In this document: positions 40,401 through 53,958 of the stretch, piece after piece
Numbering within the stretch: position 1 is the first letter of the stretch
Layout of the letters: each line of letters begins with the position of its first letter
Origin: Auanema rhodensis
Lineage: Eukaryota; Animalia; Nematoda
Length of the DNA stretch: 64,000 nt
Direction: 5' to 3'
Assembly: GCA_964057225.1 (NCBI GenBank)
Contig: OZ059900.1
Location: forward strand, 4,836,001 to 4,900,000
Position numbers and translations under genes: made by a program
Notes under the pieces: model-generated
What the model saw: the letters and a program-made list of their open reading frames with translations, nothing else
Databases searched by the model: none
What the model was told of the DNA's origin: nothing

Positions 40401-41749
40401 TATCTTTAACGGTATCCGAGTTACAAATCAAGATCACTTTCTTTGGATACTTAGGTGGTATAGCTACCTGTTCACAAAAAATTGGAAGTCTTGGTTACCA
40501 TGCATCAAACACAATACGATAGTGTTTCTAGACTAATATGACCATGAGAAATTCATTTAAGTTTACAGTATTCTTCTATCTTTAACGGTATCCGAGTTAC
40601 AAATCAAGATCACTTTCTTTGGATACTTAGGTGGTATAGCTACCTGTTCACAAAAAATTGGAAGTCTTGGTTACCATGCATCAAACACAATACGATAGTG
40701 TTTCTAGACTAATATGACCATGGGAAATTCATTTAAGTTCACAGTATTCTTTTATCTTTAACGGTATCCGAGTTACAAATCAAGATCACTTTCTTTGGAT
40801 ACTTAGGTGGTATAGCTACCTGTTCACAAAAAATTGGAAGTCTTGGTTACCATGCATCAAATCCTTTGAGATAGTGTTTCTAGACTAATATAACCATGGG
40901 GACTTCATCAAATTTCACAGTATTCTTCTATCTTCAACGGTATCCGAGTTACAAATCAAGATCACTTTCTTTGGATACTTAGGTGGTATAGCTACCTGTT
41001 CACAAAAAATTGGAAGTCCTGGTTACCATGCATCAAACCCATTAAAATTGTGTTTCTAGACTAATATGACCATGGGAAATTCATTTAAGTTTACAGTATT
41101 CTTCTATCTTTAACGGTATCCGAGTAACAAATCAAGATCACTTTCTTTGGATACTTAGGTGGTATAGCTACCTGTTCACAAAAAATTGGAAGTTTTGGTT
41201 ACCATGCATCAAATCCTTTAAGATAGTGTTTCTAGACTAATATAACCATGGGGACTTCATCAAATTTTACAGTATTCTTCTATCTTTAACGGTATCCGAG
41301 TTACAAATCAAGATCACTTTCTTTGGATACTTAGGTGGTATAGCTACCTGTTCACAAAAAATTGGAAGTCCTGGTTACCATGCATCAAACCCATTAAAAT
41401 TGTGTTTCTAGACTAATATGACCATGGGAAATTTATTTAAGTTCACAGTATTCTTTTATCTTCAACGGTATCCGAGTTACAAATCAAGATCACTTTCTTT
41501 GGATACTTATGTGGTATAGCTACCTGTTCACAAAAAATTGGAAGTCTTGGTTACCATGCATCAAATCCTTTAAGATAGTGTTTCTAGACTAATATAACCA
41601 TGGGGACTTCATCAAATTTCACAGTATTCTTCTATCTTTAACGGTATCCGAGTTACAAATCAAGATCACTTTCTTTGGATACTTAGGTGGTATAGCTACC
41701 TGTTCACAAAAAATTGGAAGTCCTGGTTACCATGCATCAAACCCATTAA
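31412..41749. repeat. 29-monomer (5103-bp) tandem duplication
   Basis: Rare variants recur exactly 5103 bp (29x176-1) apart: tctctaac 32136/37239, atgatgacttcattg block 32621/37724, ggtggcat 33069/38172, ggtaacc 34514/39617, the 1-bp deletion after 35007/40110, and accttgc 35221/40324. Confidence 0.95.
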
Positions 41750-44700
41750 GATTGTGTTTCTAGACTAATATAACCATGGGAAATTCATTTAAGTTCACAG
41801 TATTCTTCTATCTTTAACGGTATCCGAGTTACAAATCAAGATCACTTTCTTTGGATACTTAGGTGGTATAGCTACCTGTTCACAAAAAATTGGAAGTCTT
41901 GGTTACCATGCATCAAACACAATACGATAGTGTTTCTAGACTAATATGACCATGGGAAATTCATTTAAGTTCACAGTATTCTTTTATCTTTAACGGTATC
42001 CGAGTTACAAATCAAGATCACTTTCTTTGGATACTTAGGTGGTATAGCTACCTGTTCACAAAAAATTGGAAGTCCTGGTTACCTTGCATCAAACCCATTA
42101 AGATTGTGTTTCTAGACTAATATGACCATGGGAAATTCATTTAAGTTCACAGTATTCTTTTATCTTTAACGGTATCCGAGTTACAAATCAAGATCACTTT
42201 CTTTGGATACTTAGGTGGTATAGCTACCTGTTCACAAAAAATTGGAAGTCTTGGTTACCATGCATCAAACACAATACGATAGTGTTTCTAGACTAATATG
42301 ACCATGAGAAATTCATTTAAGTTTACAGTATTCTTCTATATTTAACGGTATCCGAGTTACAAATCAAGATCACTTTCTTTGGATACTTAGGTGGTATAGC
42401 TACCTGTTCCCAAAAAATTGGAAGTCTTGGTTACCATGCATCAAACACAATACGATAGTGTTTCTAGACTAATATGACCATGGGAAATTCATTTAAGTTC
42501 ACAGTATTCTTTTATCTTTAACGGTATCCGAGTTACAAATCAAGATCACTTTCTTTGGATACTTAGGTGGTATAGCTACCTGTTCACAAAAAATTGGAAG
42601 TCTTGGTTACCATGCATCAAATCCTTTGAGATAGTGTTTCTAGACTAATATAACCATGGGGACTTCATCAAATTTCACAGTATTCTTCTATCTTCAACGG
42701 TATCCGAGTTACAAATCAAGATCACTTTCTTTGGATACTTAGGTGGTATAGCTACCTGTTCACAAAAAATTGGAAGTCCTGGTTACCATGCATCAAACCC
42801 ATTAAAATTGTGTTTCTAGACTAATATGACCATGGGAAATTCATTTAAGTTTACAGTATTCTTCTATCTTTAACGGTATCCGAGTAACAAATCAAGATCA
42901 CTTTCTTTGGATACTTAGGTGGTATAGCTACCTGTTCACAAAAAATTGGAAGTTTTGGTTACCATGCATCAAATCCTTTAAGATAGTGTTTCTAGACTAA
43001 TATAACCATGGGGACTTCATCAAATTTTACAGTATTCTTCTATCTTTAACGGTATCCGAGTTACAAATCAAGATCACTTTCTTTGGATACTTAGGTGGTA
43101 TAGCTACCTGTTCACAAAAAATTGGAAGTCCTGGTTACCATGCATCAAACCCATTAAAATTGTGTTTCTAGACTAATATGACCATGGGAAATTTATTTAA
43201 GTTCACAGTATTCTTTTATCTTCAACGGTATCCGAGTTACAAATCAAGATCACTTTCTTTGGATACTTATGTGGTATAGCTACCTGTTCACAAAAAATTG
43301 GAAGTCTTGGTTACCATGCATCAAATCCTTTAAGATAGTGTTTCTAGACTAATATAACCATGGGGACTTCATCAAATTTCACAGTATTCTTCTATCTTTA
43401 ACGGTATCCGAGTTACAAATCAAGATCACTTTCTTTGGATACTTAGGTGGTATAGCTACCTGTTCACAAAAAATTGGAAGTCCTGGTTACCATGCATCAA
43501 ACCCATTAAGATTGTGCTTCTAGACTAATATAACCATGGGAAATTCATTTAAGTTCACAGTATTCTTCTATCTTTAACGGTATCCGAGTTACAAATCAAG
43601 ATCACTTTCTTTGGATACTTAGGTGGTATAGCTACCTGTTCACAAAAAATTGGAAGTCTTGGTTACCATGCATCAAACACAATACGATAGTGTTTCTAGA
43701 CTAATATGACCATGGGAAATTCATTTAAGTTCACAGTATTCTTTTATCTTTAACGGTATCCGAGTTACAAATCAAGATCACTTTCTTTGGATACTTAGGT
43801 GGTATAGCTACCTGTTCACAAAAAATTGGAAGTCTTGGTTACCATGCATCAAATCCTTTGAGATAGTGTTTCTAGACTAATATAACCATGGGGACTTCAT
43901 CAAATTTCACAGTATTCTTCTATCTTCAACGGTATCCGAGTTACAAATCAAGATCACTTTCTTTGGATACTTAGGTGGTATAGCTACCTGTTCACAAAAA
44001 ATTGGAAGTCCTGGTTACCATGCATCAAACCCATTAAAATTGTGTTTCTAGACTAATATGACCATGGGAAATTCATTTAAGTTTACAGTATTCTTCTATC
44101 TTTAACGGTATCCGAGTAACAAATCAAGATCACTTTCTTTGGATACTTAGGTGGTATAGCTACCTGTTCACAAAAAATTGGAAGTTTTGGTTACCATGCA
44201 TCAAATCCTTTAAGATAGTGTTTCTAGACTAATATAACCATGGGGACTTCATCAAATTTTACAGTATTCTTCTATCTTTAACGGTATCCGAGTTACAAAT
44301 CAAGATCACTTTCTTTGGATACTTAGGTGGTATAGCTACCTGTTCACAAAAAATTGGAAGTCCTGGTTACCATGCATCAAACCCATTAAGATTGTGTTTC
44401 TAGACTAATATGACCATGGGAAATTCATTTAAGTTCACAGTATTCTTCTATCTTCAACGGTATCCGAGTTACAAATCAAGATCACTTTCTTTGGATACTT
44501 AGGTGGTATAGCTACCTGTTCACAAAAAATTGGAAGTCCTGGTTACCATGCATCAAACCCATTAAGATTGTGTTTCTAGACTAATATGACCATGGGAAAT
44601 TCATTTAAGTTCACAGTATTCTTCTATCTTCAACGGTATCCGAGTTACAAATCAAGATCACTTTCTTTGGATACTTAGGTGGTATAGCTACCTGTTCACA

Positions 44701-47700
44701 AAAAATTGGAAGTCTTGGTTACCATGCATCAAATCCTTTGAGATAGTGTTTCTAGACTAATATAACCATGGGGACTTCATCAAATTTCACAGTATTCTTC
44801 TATCTTCAACGGTATCCGAGTTACAAATCAAGATCACTTTCTTTGGATACTTAGGTGGTATAGCTACCTGTTCACAAAAAATTGGAAGTCTTGGTTACCA
44901 TGCATCAAACACAATACGATAGTGTTTCTAGACTAATATGACCATGGGAAATTCATTTAAGTTTACAGTATTCTTCTATCTTTAACGGTATCCGAGTAAC
45001 AAATCAAGATCACTTTCTTTGGATACTTAGGTGGTATAGCTACCTGTTCACAAAAAATTGGAAGTCTTGGTTACCATGCATCAAATCCTTTGAGATAGTG
45101 TTTCTAGACTAATATAACCATGGGGACTTCATCAAATTTCACAGTATTCTTCTATCTTCAACGGTATCCGAGTTACAAATCAAGATCACTTTCTTTGGAT
45201 ACTTAGGTGGTATAGCTACCTGTTCACAAAAAATTGGAAGTCTTGGTTACCATGCATCAAACACAATACGATAGTGTTTCTAGACTAATATGACCATGGG
45301 AAATTCATTTAAGTTTACAGTATTCTTCTATCTTTAACGGTATCCGAGTAACAAATCAAGATCACTTTCTTTGGATACTTAGGTGGTATAGCTACCTGTT
45401 CACAAAAAATTGGAAGTTTTGGTTACCATGCATCAAATCCTTTAAGATAGTGTTTCTAGACTAATATAACCATGGGGACTTCATCAAATTTTACAGTATT
45501 CTTCTATCTTTAACGGTATCCGAGTTACAAATCAAGATCACTTTCTTTGGATACTTAGGTGGTATAGCTACCTGTTCACAAAAAATTGGAAGTCCTGGTT
45601 ACCATGCATCAAACCCATTAAAATTGTGTTTCTAGACTAATATGACCATGGGAAATTTATTTAAGTTCACAGTATTCTTTTATCTTCAACGGTATCCGAG
45701 TTACAAATCAAGATCACTTTCTTTGGATACTTATGTGGTATAGCTACCTGTTCACAAAAAATTGGAAGTCTTGGTTACCATGCATCAAATCCTTTAAGAT
45801 AGTGTTTCTAGACTAATATAACCATGGGGACTTCATCAAATTTCACAGTATTCTTCTATCTTTAACGGTATCCGAGTTACAAATCAAGATCACTTTCTTT
45901 GGATACTTAGGTGGTATAGCTACCTGTTCACAAAAAATTGGAAGTCCTGGTTACCATGCATCAAACCCATTAAGATTGTGTTTCTAGACTAATATAACCA
46001 TGGGAAATTCATTTAAGTTCACAGTATTCTTCTATCTTTAACGGTATCCGAGTTACAAATCAAGATCACTTTCTTTGGATACTTAGGTGGTATAGCTACC
46101 TGTTCACAAAAAATTGGAAGTCTTGGTTACCATGCATCAAACCCATTAAGATTGTGTTTCTAGACTAATATAACCATGGGAAATTCATTTAAGTTCACAG
46201 TATTCTTCTATCTTTAACGGTATCCGAGTTACAAATCAAGATCACTTTCTTTGGATACTTAGGTGGTATAGCTACCTGTTCACAAAAAATTGGAAGTCTT
46301 GGTTACCATGCATCAAACACAATACGATAGTGTTTCTAGACTAATATGACCATGGGAAATTCATTTAAGTTCACAGTATTCTTTTATCTTTAACGGTATC
46401 CGAGTTACAAATCAAGATCACTTTCTTTGGATACTTAGGTGGTATAGCTACCTGTTCACAAAAAATTGGAAGTCTTGGTTACCATGCATCAAATCCTTTG
46501 AGATAGTGTTTCTAGACTAATATAACCATGGGGACTTCATCAAATTTCACAGTATTCTTCTATCTTCAACGGTATCCGAGTTACAAATCAAGATCACTTT
46601 CTTTGGATACTTAGGTGGTATAGCTACCTGTTCACAAAAAATTGGAAGTCCTGGTTACCATGCATCAAACCCATTAAAATTGTGTTTCTAGACTAATATG
46701 ACCATGGGAAATTCATTTAAGTTTACAGTATTCTTCTATCTTTAACGGTATCCGAGTAACAAATCAAGATCACTTTCTTTGGATACTTAGGTGGTATAGC
46801 TACCTGTTCACAAAAAATTGGAAGTTTTGGTTACCATGCATCAAATCCTTTAAGATAGTGTTTCTAGACTAATATAACCATGGGGACTTCATCAAATTTT
46901 ACAGTATTCTTCTATCTTTAACGGTATCCGAGTTACAAATCAAGATCACTTTCTTTGGATACTTAGGTGGTATAGCTACCTGTTCACAAAAAATTGGAAG
47001 TCCTGGTTACCATGCATCAAACCCATTAAAATTGTGTTTCTAGACTAATATGACCATGGGAAATTTATTTAAGTTCACAGTATTCTTTTATCTTCAACGG
47101 TATCCGAGTTACAAATCAAGATCACTTTCTTTGGATACTTATGTGGTATAGCTACCTGTTCACAAAAAATTGGAAGTCTTGGTTACCATGCATCAAATCC
47201 TTTAAGATAGTGTTTCTAGACTAATATAACCATGGGGACTTCATCAAATTTCACAGTATTCTTCTATCTTTAACGGTATCCGAGTTACAAATCAAGATCA
47301 CTTTCTTTGGATACTTAGGTGGTATAGCTACCTGTTCACAAAAAATTGGAAGTCCTGGTTACCATGCATCAAACCCATTAATATTGTGTTTCTAGACTAA
47401 TATAACCATGGGAAATTCATTTAAGTTCACAGTATTCTTCTATCTTTAACGGTATCCGAGTTACAAATCAAGATCACTTTCTTTGGATACTTAGGTGGTA
47501 TAGCTACCTGTTCACAAAAAATTGGAAGTCTTGGTTACCATGCATCAAACACAATACGATAGTGTTTCTAGACTAATATGACCATGGGAAATTCATTTAA
47601 GTTCACAGTATTCTTTTATCTTTAACGGTATCCGAGTTACAAATCAAGATCACTTTCTTTGGATACTTAGGTGGTATAGCTACCTGTTCACAAAAAATTG

Positions 47701-50700
47701 GAAGTCTTGGTTACCATGCATCAAATCCTTTGAGATAGTGTTTCTAGACTAATATAACCATGGGGACTTCATCAAATTTCACAGTATTCTTCTATCTTCA
47801 ACGGTATCCGAGTTACAAATCAAGATCACTTTCTTTGGATACTTAGGTGGTATAGCTACCTGTTCACAAAAAATTGGAAGTCCTGGTTACCATGCATCAA
47901 ACCCATTAAGATTGTGTTTCTAGACTAATATAACCATGGGAAATTCATTTAAGTTAACAGTATTCTTCTATCTTTAACGGTATCCGAGTTACAAATCAAG
48001 ATCACTTTCTTTGGATACTTAGGTGGTATAGCTACCTGTTCACAAAAAATTGGAAGTCTTGGTTACCATGCATCAAACACAATACGATAGTGTTTCTAGA
48101 CTAATATGACCATGGGAAATTTATTTAAGTTCACAGTATTCTTTTATCTTCAACGGTATCCGAGTTACAAATCAAGATCACTTTCTTTGGATACTTATGT
48201 GGTATAGCTACCTGTTCACAAAAAATTGGAAGTCTTGGTTACCATGCATCAAATCCTTTAAGATAGTGTTTCTAGACTAATATAACCATGGGGACTTCAT
48301 CAAATTTCACAGTATTCTTCTATCTTTAACGGTATCCGAGTTACAAATCAAGATCACTTTCTTTGGATACTTAGGTGGTATAGCTACCTGTTCACAAAAA
48401 ATTGGAAGTCCTGGTTACCATGCATCAAACCCATTAATATTGTGTTTCTAGACTAATATAACCATGGGAAATTCATTTAAGTTCACAGTATTCTTCTATC
48501 TTTAACGGTATCCGAGTTACAAATCAAGATCACTTTCTTTGGATACTTAGGTGGTATAGCTACCTGTTCACAAAAAATTGGAAGTCTTGGTTACCATGCA
48601 TCAAACACAATACGATAGTGTTTCTAGACTAATATGACCATGGGAAATTCATTTAAGTTCACAGTATTCTTTTATCTTTAACGGTATCCGAGTTACAAAT
48701 CAAGATCACTTTCTTTGGATACTTAGGTGGTATAGCTACCTGTTCACAAAAAATTGGAAGTCTTGGTTACCATGCATCAAATCCTTTGAGATAGTGTTTC
48801 TAGACTAATATAACCATGGGGACTTCATCAAATTTCACAGTATTCTTCTATCTTCAACGGTATCCGAGTTACAAATCAAGATCACTTTCTTTGGATACTT
48901 AGGTGGTATAGCTACCTGTTCACAAAAAATTGGAAGTCCTGGTTACCATGCATCAAACCCATTAAGATTGTGTTTCTAGACTAATATAACCATGGGAAAT
49001 TCATTTAAGTTAACAGTATTCTTCTATCTTTAACGGTATCCGAGTTACAAATCAAGATCACTTTCTTTGGATACTTAGGTGGTATAGCTACCTGTTCACA
49101 AAAAATTGGAAGTCTTGGTTACCATGCATCAAACACAATACGATAGTGTTTCTAGACTAATATGACCATGGGAAATTCATTTAAGTTCACAGTATTCTTT
49201 TATCTTTAACGGTATCCGAGTTACAAATCAAGATCACTTTCTTTGGATACTTAGGTGGTATAGCTACCTGTTCACAAAAAATTGGAAGTCTTGGTTACCA
49301 TGCATCAAATCCTTTGAGATAGTGTTTCTAGACTAATATAACCATGGGGACTTCATCAAATTTCACAGTATTCTTCTATCTTCAACGGTATCCGAGTTAC
49401 AAATCAAGATCACTTTCTTTGGATACTTAGGTGGTATAGCTACCTGTTCACAAAAAATTGGAAGTCCTGGTTACCATGCATCAAACCCATTAAAATTGTG
49501 TTTCTAGACTAATATGACCATGGGAAATTCATTTAAGTTTACAGTATTCTTCTATCTTTAACGGTATCCGAGTAACAAATCAAGATCACTTTCTTTGGAT
49601 ACTTAGGTGGTATAGCTACCTGTTCACAAAAAATTGGAAGTTTTGGTTACCATGCATCAAATCCTTTAAGATAGTGTTTCTAGACTAATATAACCATGGG
49701 GACTTCATCAAATTTTACAGTATTCTTCTATCTTTAACGGTATCCGAGTTACAAATCAAGATCACTTTCTTTGGATACTTAGGTGGTATAGCTACCTGTT
49801 CACAAAAAATTGGAAGTCCTGGTTACCATGCATCAAACCCATTAAGATTGTGTTTCTAGACTAATATGACCATGGGAAATTCATTTAAGTTCACAGTATT
49901 CTTCTATCTTCAACGGTATCCGAGTTACAAATCAAGATCACTTTCTTTGGATACTTAGGTGGTATAGCTACCTGTTCACAAAAAATTGGAAGTCCTGGTT
50001 ACCATGCATCAAACACAATACGATAGTGTTTCTAGACTAATATGACCATGGGAAATTCATTTAAGTTCACAGTATTCTTTTATCTTTAACGGTATCCGAG
50101 TTACAAATCAAGATCACTTTCTTTGGATACTTAGGTGGTATAGCTACCTGTTCACAAAAAATTGGAAGTCTTGGTTACCATGCATCAAATCCTTTGAGAT
50201 AGTGTTTCTAGACTAATATAACCATGGGGACTTCATCAAATTTCACAGTATTCTTCTATCTTCAACGGTATCCGAGTTACAAATCAAGATCACTTTCTTT
50301 GGATACTTAGGTGGTATAGCTACCTGTTCACAAAAAATTGGAAGTCTTGGTTACCATGCATCAAACACAATACGATAGTGTTTCTAGACTAATATGACCA
50401 TGGGAAATTCATTTAAGTTTACAGTATTCTTCTATCTTTAACGGTATCCGAGTAACAAATCAAGATCACTTTCTTTGGATACTTAGGTGGTATAGCTACC
50501 TGTTCACAAAAAATTGGAAGTTTTGGTTACCATGCATCAAATCCTTTAAGATAGTGTTTCTAGACTAATATAACCATGGGGACTTCATCAAATTTTACAG
50601 TATTCTTCTATCTTTAACGGTATCCGAGTTACAAATCAAGATCACTTTCTTTGGATACTTAGGTGGTATAGCTACCTGTTCACAAAAAATTGGAAGTCCT

Positions 50701-53700
50701 GGTTACCATGCATCAAACCCATTAAAATTGTGTTTCTAGACTAATATGACCATGGGAAATTTATTTAAGTTCACAGTATTCTTTTATCTTCAACGGTATC
50801 CGAGTTACAAATCAAGATCACTTTCTTTGGATACTTATGTGGTATAGCTACCTGTTCACAAAAAATTGGAAGTCTTGGTTACCATGCATCAAATCCTTTG
50901 AGATAGTGTTTCTAGACTAATATAACCATGGGGATTTCATCAAATTTCACAGTATTCTTCTATCTTCAACGGTATCCGAGTTACAAATCAAGATCACTTT
51001 CTTTGGATACTTAGGTGGTATAGCTACCTGTTCACAAAAAATTGGAAGTCCTGGTTACCATGCATCAAATCCTTTGAGATAGTGTTTCTAGACTAATATA
51101 AGCATGGGGACTTCATCAAATTTCACAGTATTCTTCTATCTTTAACGGTATCCGAGTAACAAATCAAGATCACTTTCTTTGGATACTTAGGTGGTATAGC
51201 TACCTGTTCACAAAAAATTGGAAGTCTTGGTTACCATGCATCAAATCCTTTGAGATAGTGTTTCTAGACTAATATAACCATGGGGACTTCATCAAATTTC
51301 ACAGTATTCTTCTATCTTCAACGGTATCCGAGTTACAAATCAAGATCACTTTCTTTGGATACTTAGGTGGTATAGCTACCTGTTCACAAAAAATTGGAAG
51401 TCCTGGTTACCATGCATCAAACCCATTAAAATTGTGTTTCTAGACTAATATGACCATGGGAAATTCATTTAAGTTCACAGTATTCTTCTATCTTCAACGG
51501 TATCCGAGTTACAAATCAAGATCACTTTCTTTGGATACTTAGGTGGTATAGCTACCTGTTCACAAAAAATTGGAAGTCCTGGTTACCATGCATCAAATCC
51601 TTTAAGATAGTGTTTCTAGACTAATATAACCATGGGGACTTTATCAAATTTCACAGTATTCTTCTATCTTCAACGGTATCCGAGTTACAAATCAAGATCA
51701 CTTTCTTTGGATACTTAGGTGGTATAGCTACCTGTTCACAAAAAATTGGAAGTCCTGGTTACCATGCATCAAACCCATTAAAATTGTGTTTCTAGACTAA
51801 TATGACCATGGGAAATTCATTTAAGTTTACAGTATTCTTCTATCTTTAACGGTATCCGAGTAACAAATCAAGATCACTTTCTTTGGATACTTAGGTGGTA
51901 TAGCTACCTGTTCACAAAAAATTGGAAGTTTTGGTTACCATGCATCAAATCCTTTAAGATAGTGTTTCTAGACTAATATAACCATGGGGACTTCATCAAA
52001 TTTTACAGTATTCTTCTATCTTTAACGGTATCCGAGTTACAAATCAAGATCACTTTCTTTGGATACTTAGGTGGTATAGCTACCTGTTCACAAAAAATTG
52101 GAAGTCCTGGTTACCATGCATCAAACCCATTAAGATTGTGTTTCTAGACTAATATGACCATGGGAAATTCATTTAAGTTCACAGTATTCTTCTATCTTCA
52201 ACGGTATCCGAGTTACAAATCAAGATCACTTTCTTTGGATACTTAGGTGGTATAGCTACCTGTTCACAAAAAATTGGAAGTCCTGGTTACCATGCATCAA
52301 ACACAATACGATAGTGTTTCTAGACTAATATGACCATGGGAAATTCATTTAAGTTCACAGTATTCTTTTATCTTTAACGGTATCCGAGTTACAAATCAAG
52401 ATCACTTTCTTTGGATACTTAGGTGGTATAGCTACCTGTTCACAAAAAATTGGAAGTCTTGGTTACCATGCATCAAATCCTTTGAGATAGTGTTTCTAGA
52501 CTAATATAACCATGGGGACTTCATCAAATTTCACAGTATTCTTCTATCTTCAACGGTATCCGAGTTACAAATCAAGATCACTTTCTTTGGATACTTAGGT
52601 GGTATAGCTACCTGTTCACAAAAAATTGGAAGTCTTGGTTACCATGCATCAAACACAATACGATAGTGTTTCTAGACTAATATGACCATGGGAAATTCAT
52701 TTAAGTTTACAGTATTCTTCTATCTTTAACGGTATCCGAGTAACAAATCAAGATCACTTTCTTTGGATACTTAGGTGGTATAGCTACCTGTTCACAAAAA
52801 ATTGGAAGTTTTGGTTACCATGCATCAAATCCTTTAAGATAGTGTTTCTAGACTAATATAACCATGGGGACTTCATCAAATTTTACAGTATTCTTCTATC
52901 TTTAACGGTATCCGAGTTACAAATCAAGATCACTTTCTTTGGATACTTAGGTGGTATAGCTACCTGTTCACAAAAAATTGGAAGTCCTGGTTACCATGCA
53001 TCAAACCCATTAAAATTGTGTTTCTAGACTAATATGACCATGGGAAATTTATTTAAGTTCACAGTATTCTTTTATCTTCAACGGTATCCGAGTTACAAAT
53101 CAAGATCACTTTCTTTGGATACTTATGTGGTATAGCTACCTGTTCACAAAAAATTGGAAGTCTTGGTTACCATGCATCAAATCCTTTGAGATAGTGTTTC
53201 TAGACTAATATAACCATGGGGATTTCATCAAATTTCACAGTATTCTTCTATCTTCAACGGTATCCGAGTTACAAATCAAGATCACTTTCTTTGGATACTT
53301 AGGTGGTATAGCTACCTGTTCACAAAAAATTGGAAGTCCTGGTTACCATGCATCAAATCCTTTGAGATAGTGTTTCTAGACTAATATAAGCATGGGGACT
53401 TCATCAAATTTCACAGTATTCTTCTATCTTTAACGGTATCCGAGTAACAAATCAAGATCACTTTCTTTGGATACTTAGGTGGTATAGCTACCTGTTCACA
53501 AAAAATTGGAAGTCTTGGTTACCATGCATCAAATCCTTTGAGATAGTGTTTCTAGACTAATATAACCATGGGGACTTCATCAAATTTCACAGTATTCTTC
53601 TATCTTCAACGGTATCCGAGTTACAAATCAAGATCACTTTCTTTGGATACTTAGGTGGTATAGCTACCTGTTCACAAAAAATTGGAAGTCCTGGTTACCA

Positions 53701-53958
53701 TGCATCAAACCCATTAAAATTGTGTTTCTAGACTAATATGACCATGGGAAATTCATTTAAGTTCACAGTATTCTTCTATCTTCAACGGTATCCGAGTTAC
53801 AAATCAAGATCACTTTCTTTGGATACTTAGGTGGTATAGCTACCTGTTCACAAAAAATTGGAAGTCCTGGTTACCATGCATCAAATCCTTTAAGATAGTG
53901 TTTCTAGACTAATATAACCATGGGGACTTTATCAAATTTCACAGTATTCTTCTATCTT
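41750..53958. repeat. Satellite subdomain I-like: the same ~7-mer HOR variant set as 1-20 kb
   Basis: The 7-mer at 43119-44350 has the same monomer order as 4225-5456. The tcctttgag, cgagtaac, gttttgg and gttaacag variants return. Confidence 0.75.
49355..53958. repeat. 13-monomer (2288-bp) tandem duplication
   Basis: Private variants gggatttc at 50935/53223 and taagcatg at 51102/53390 are 2288 bp apart, and the monomer class order matches across all 13 units. Confidence 0.92.
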
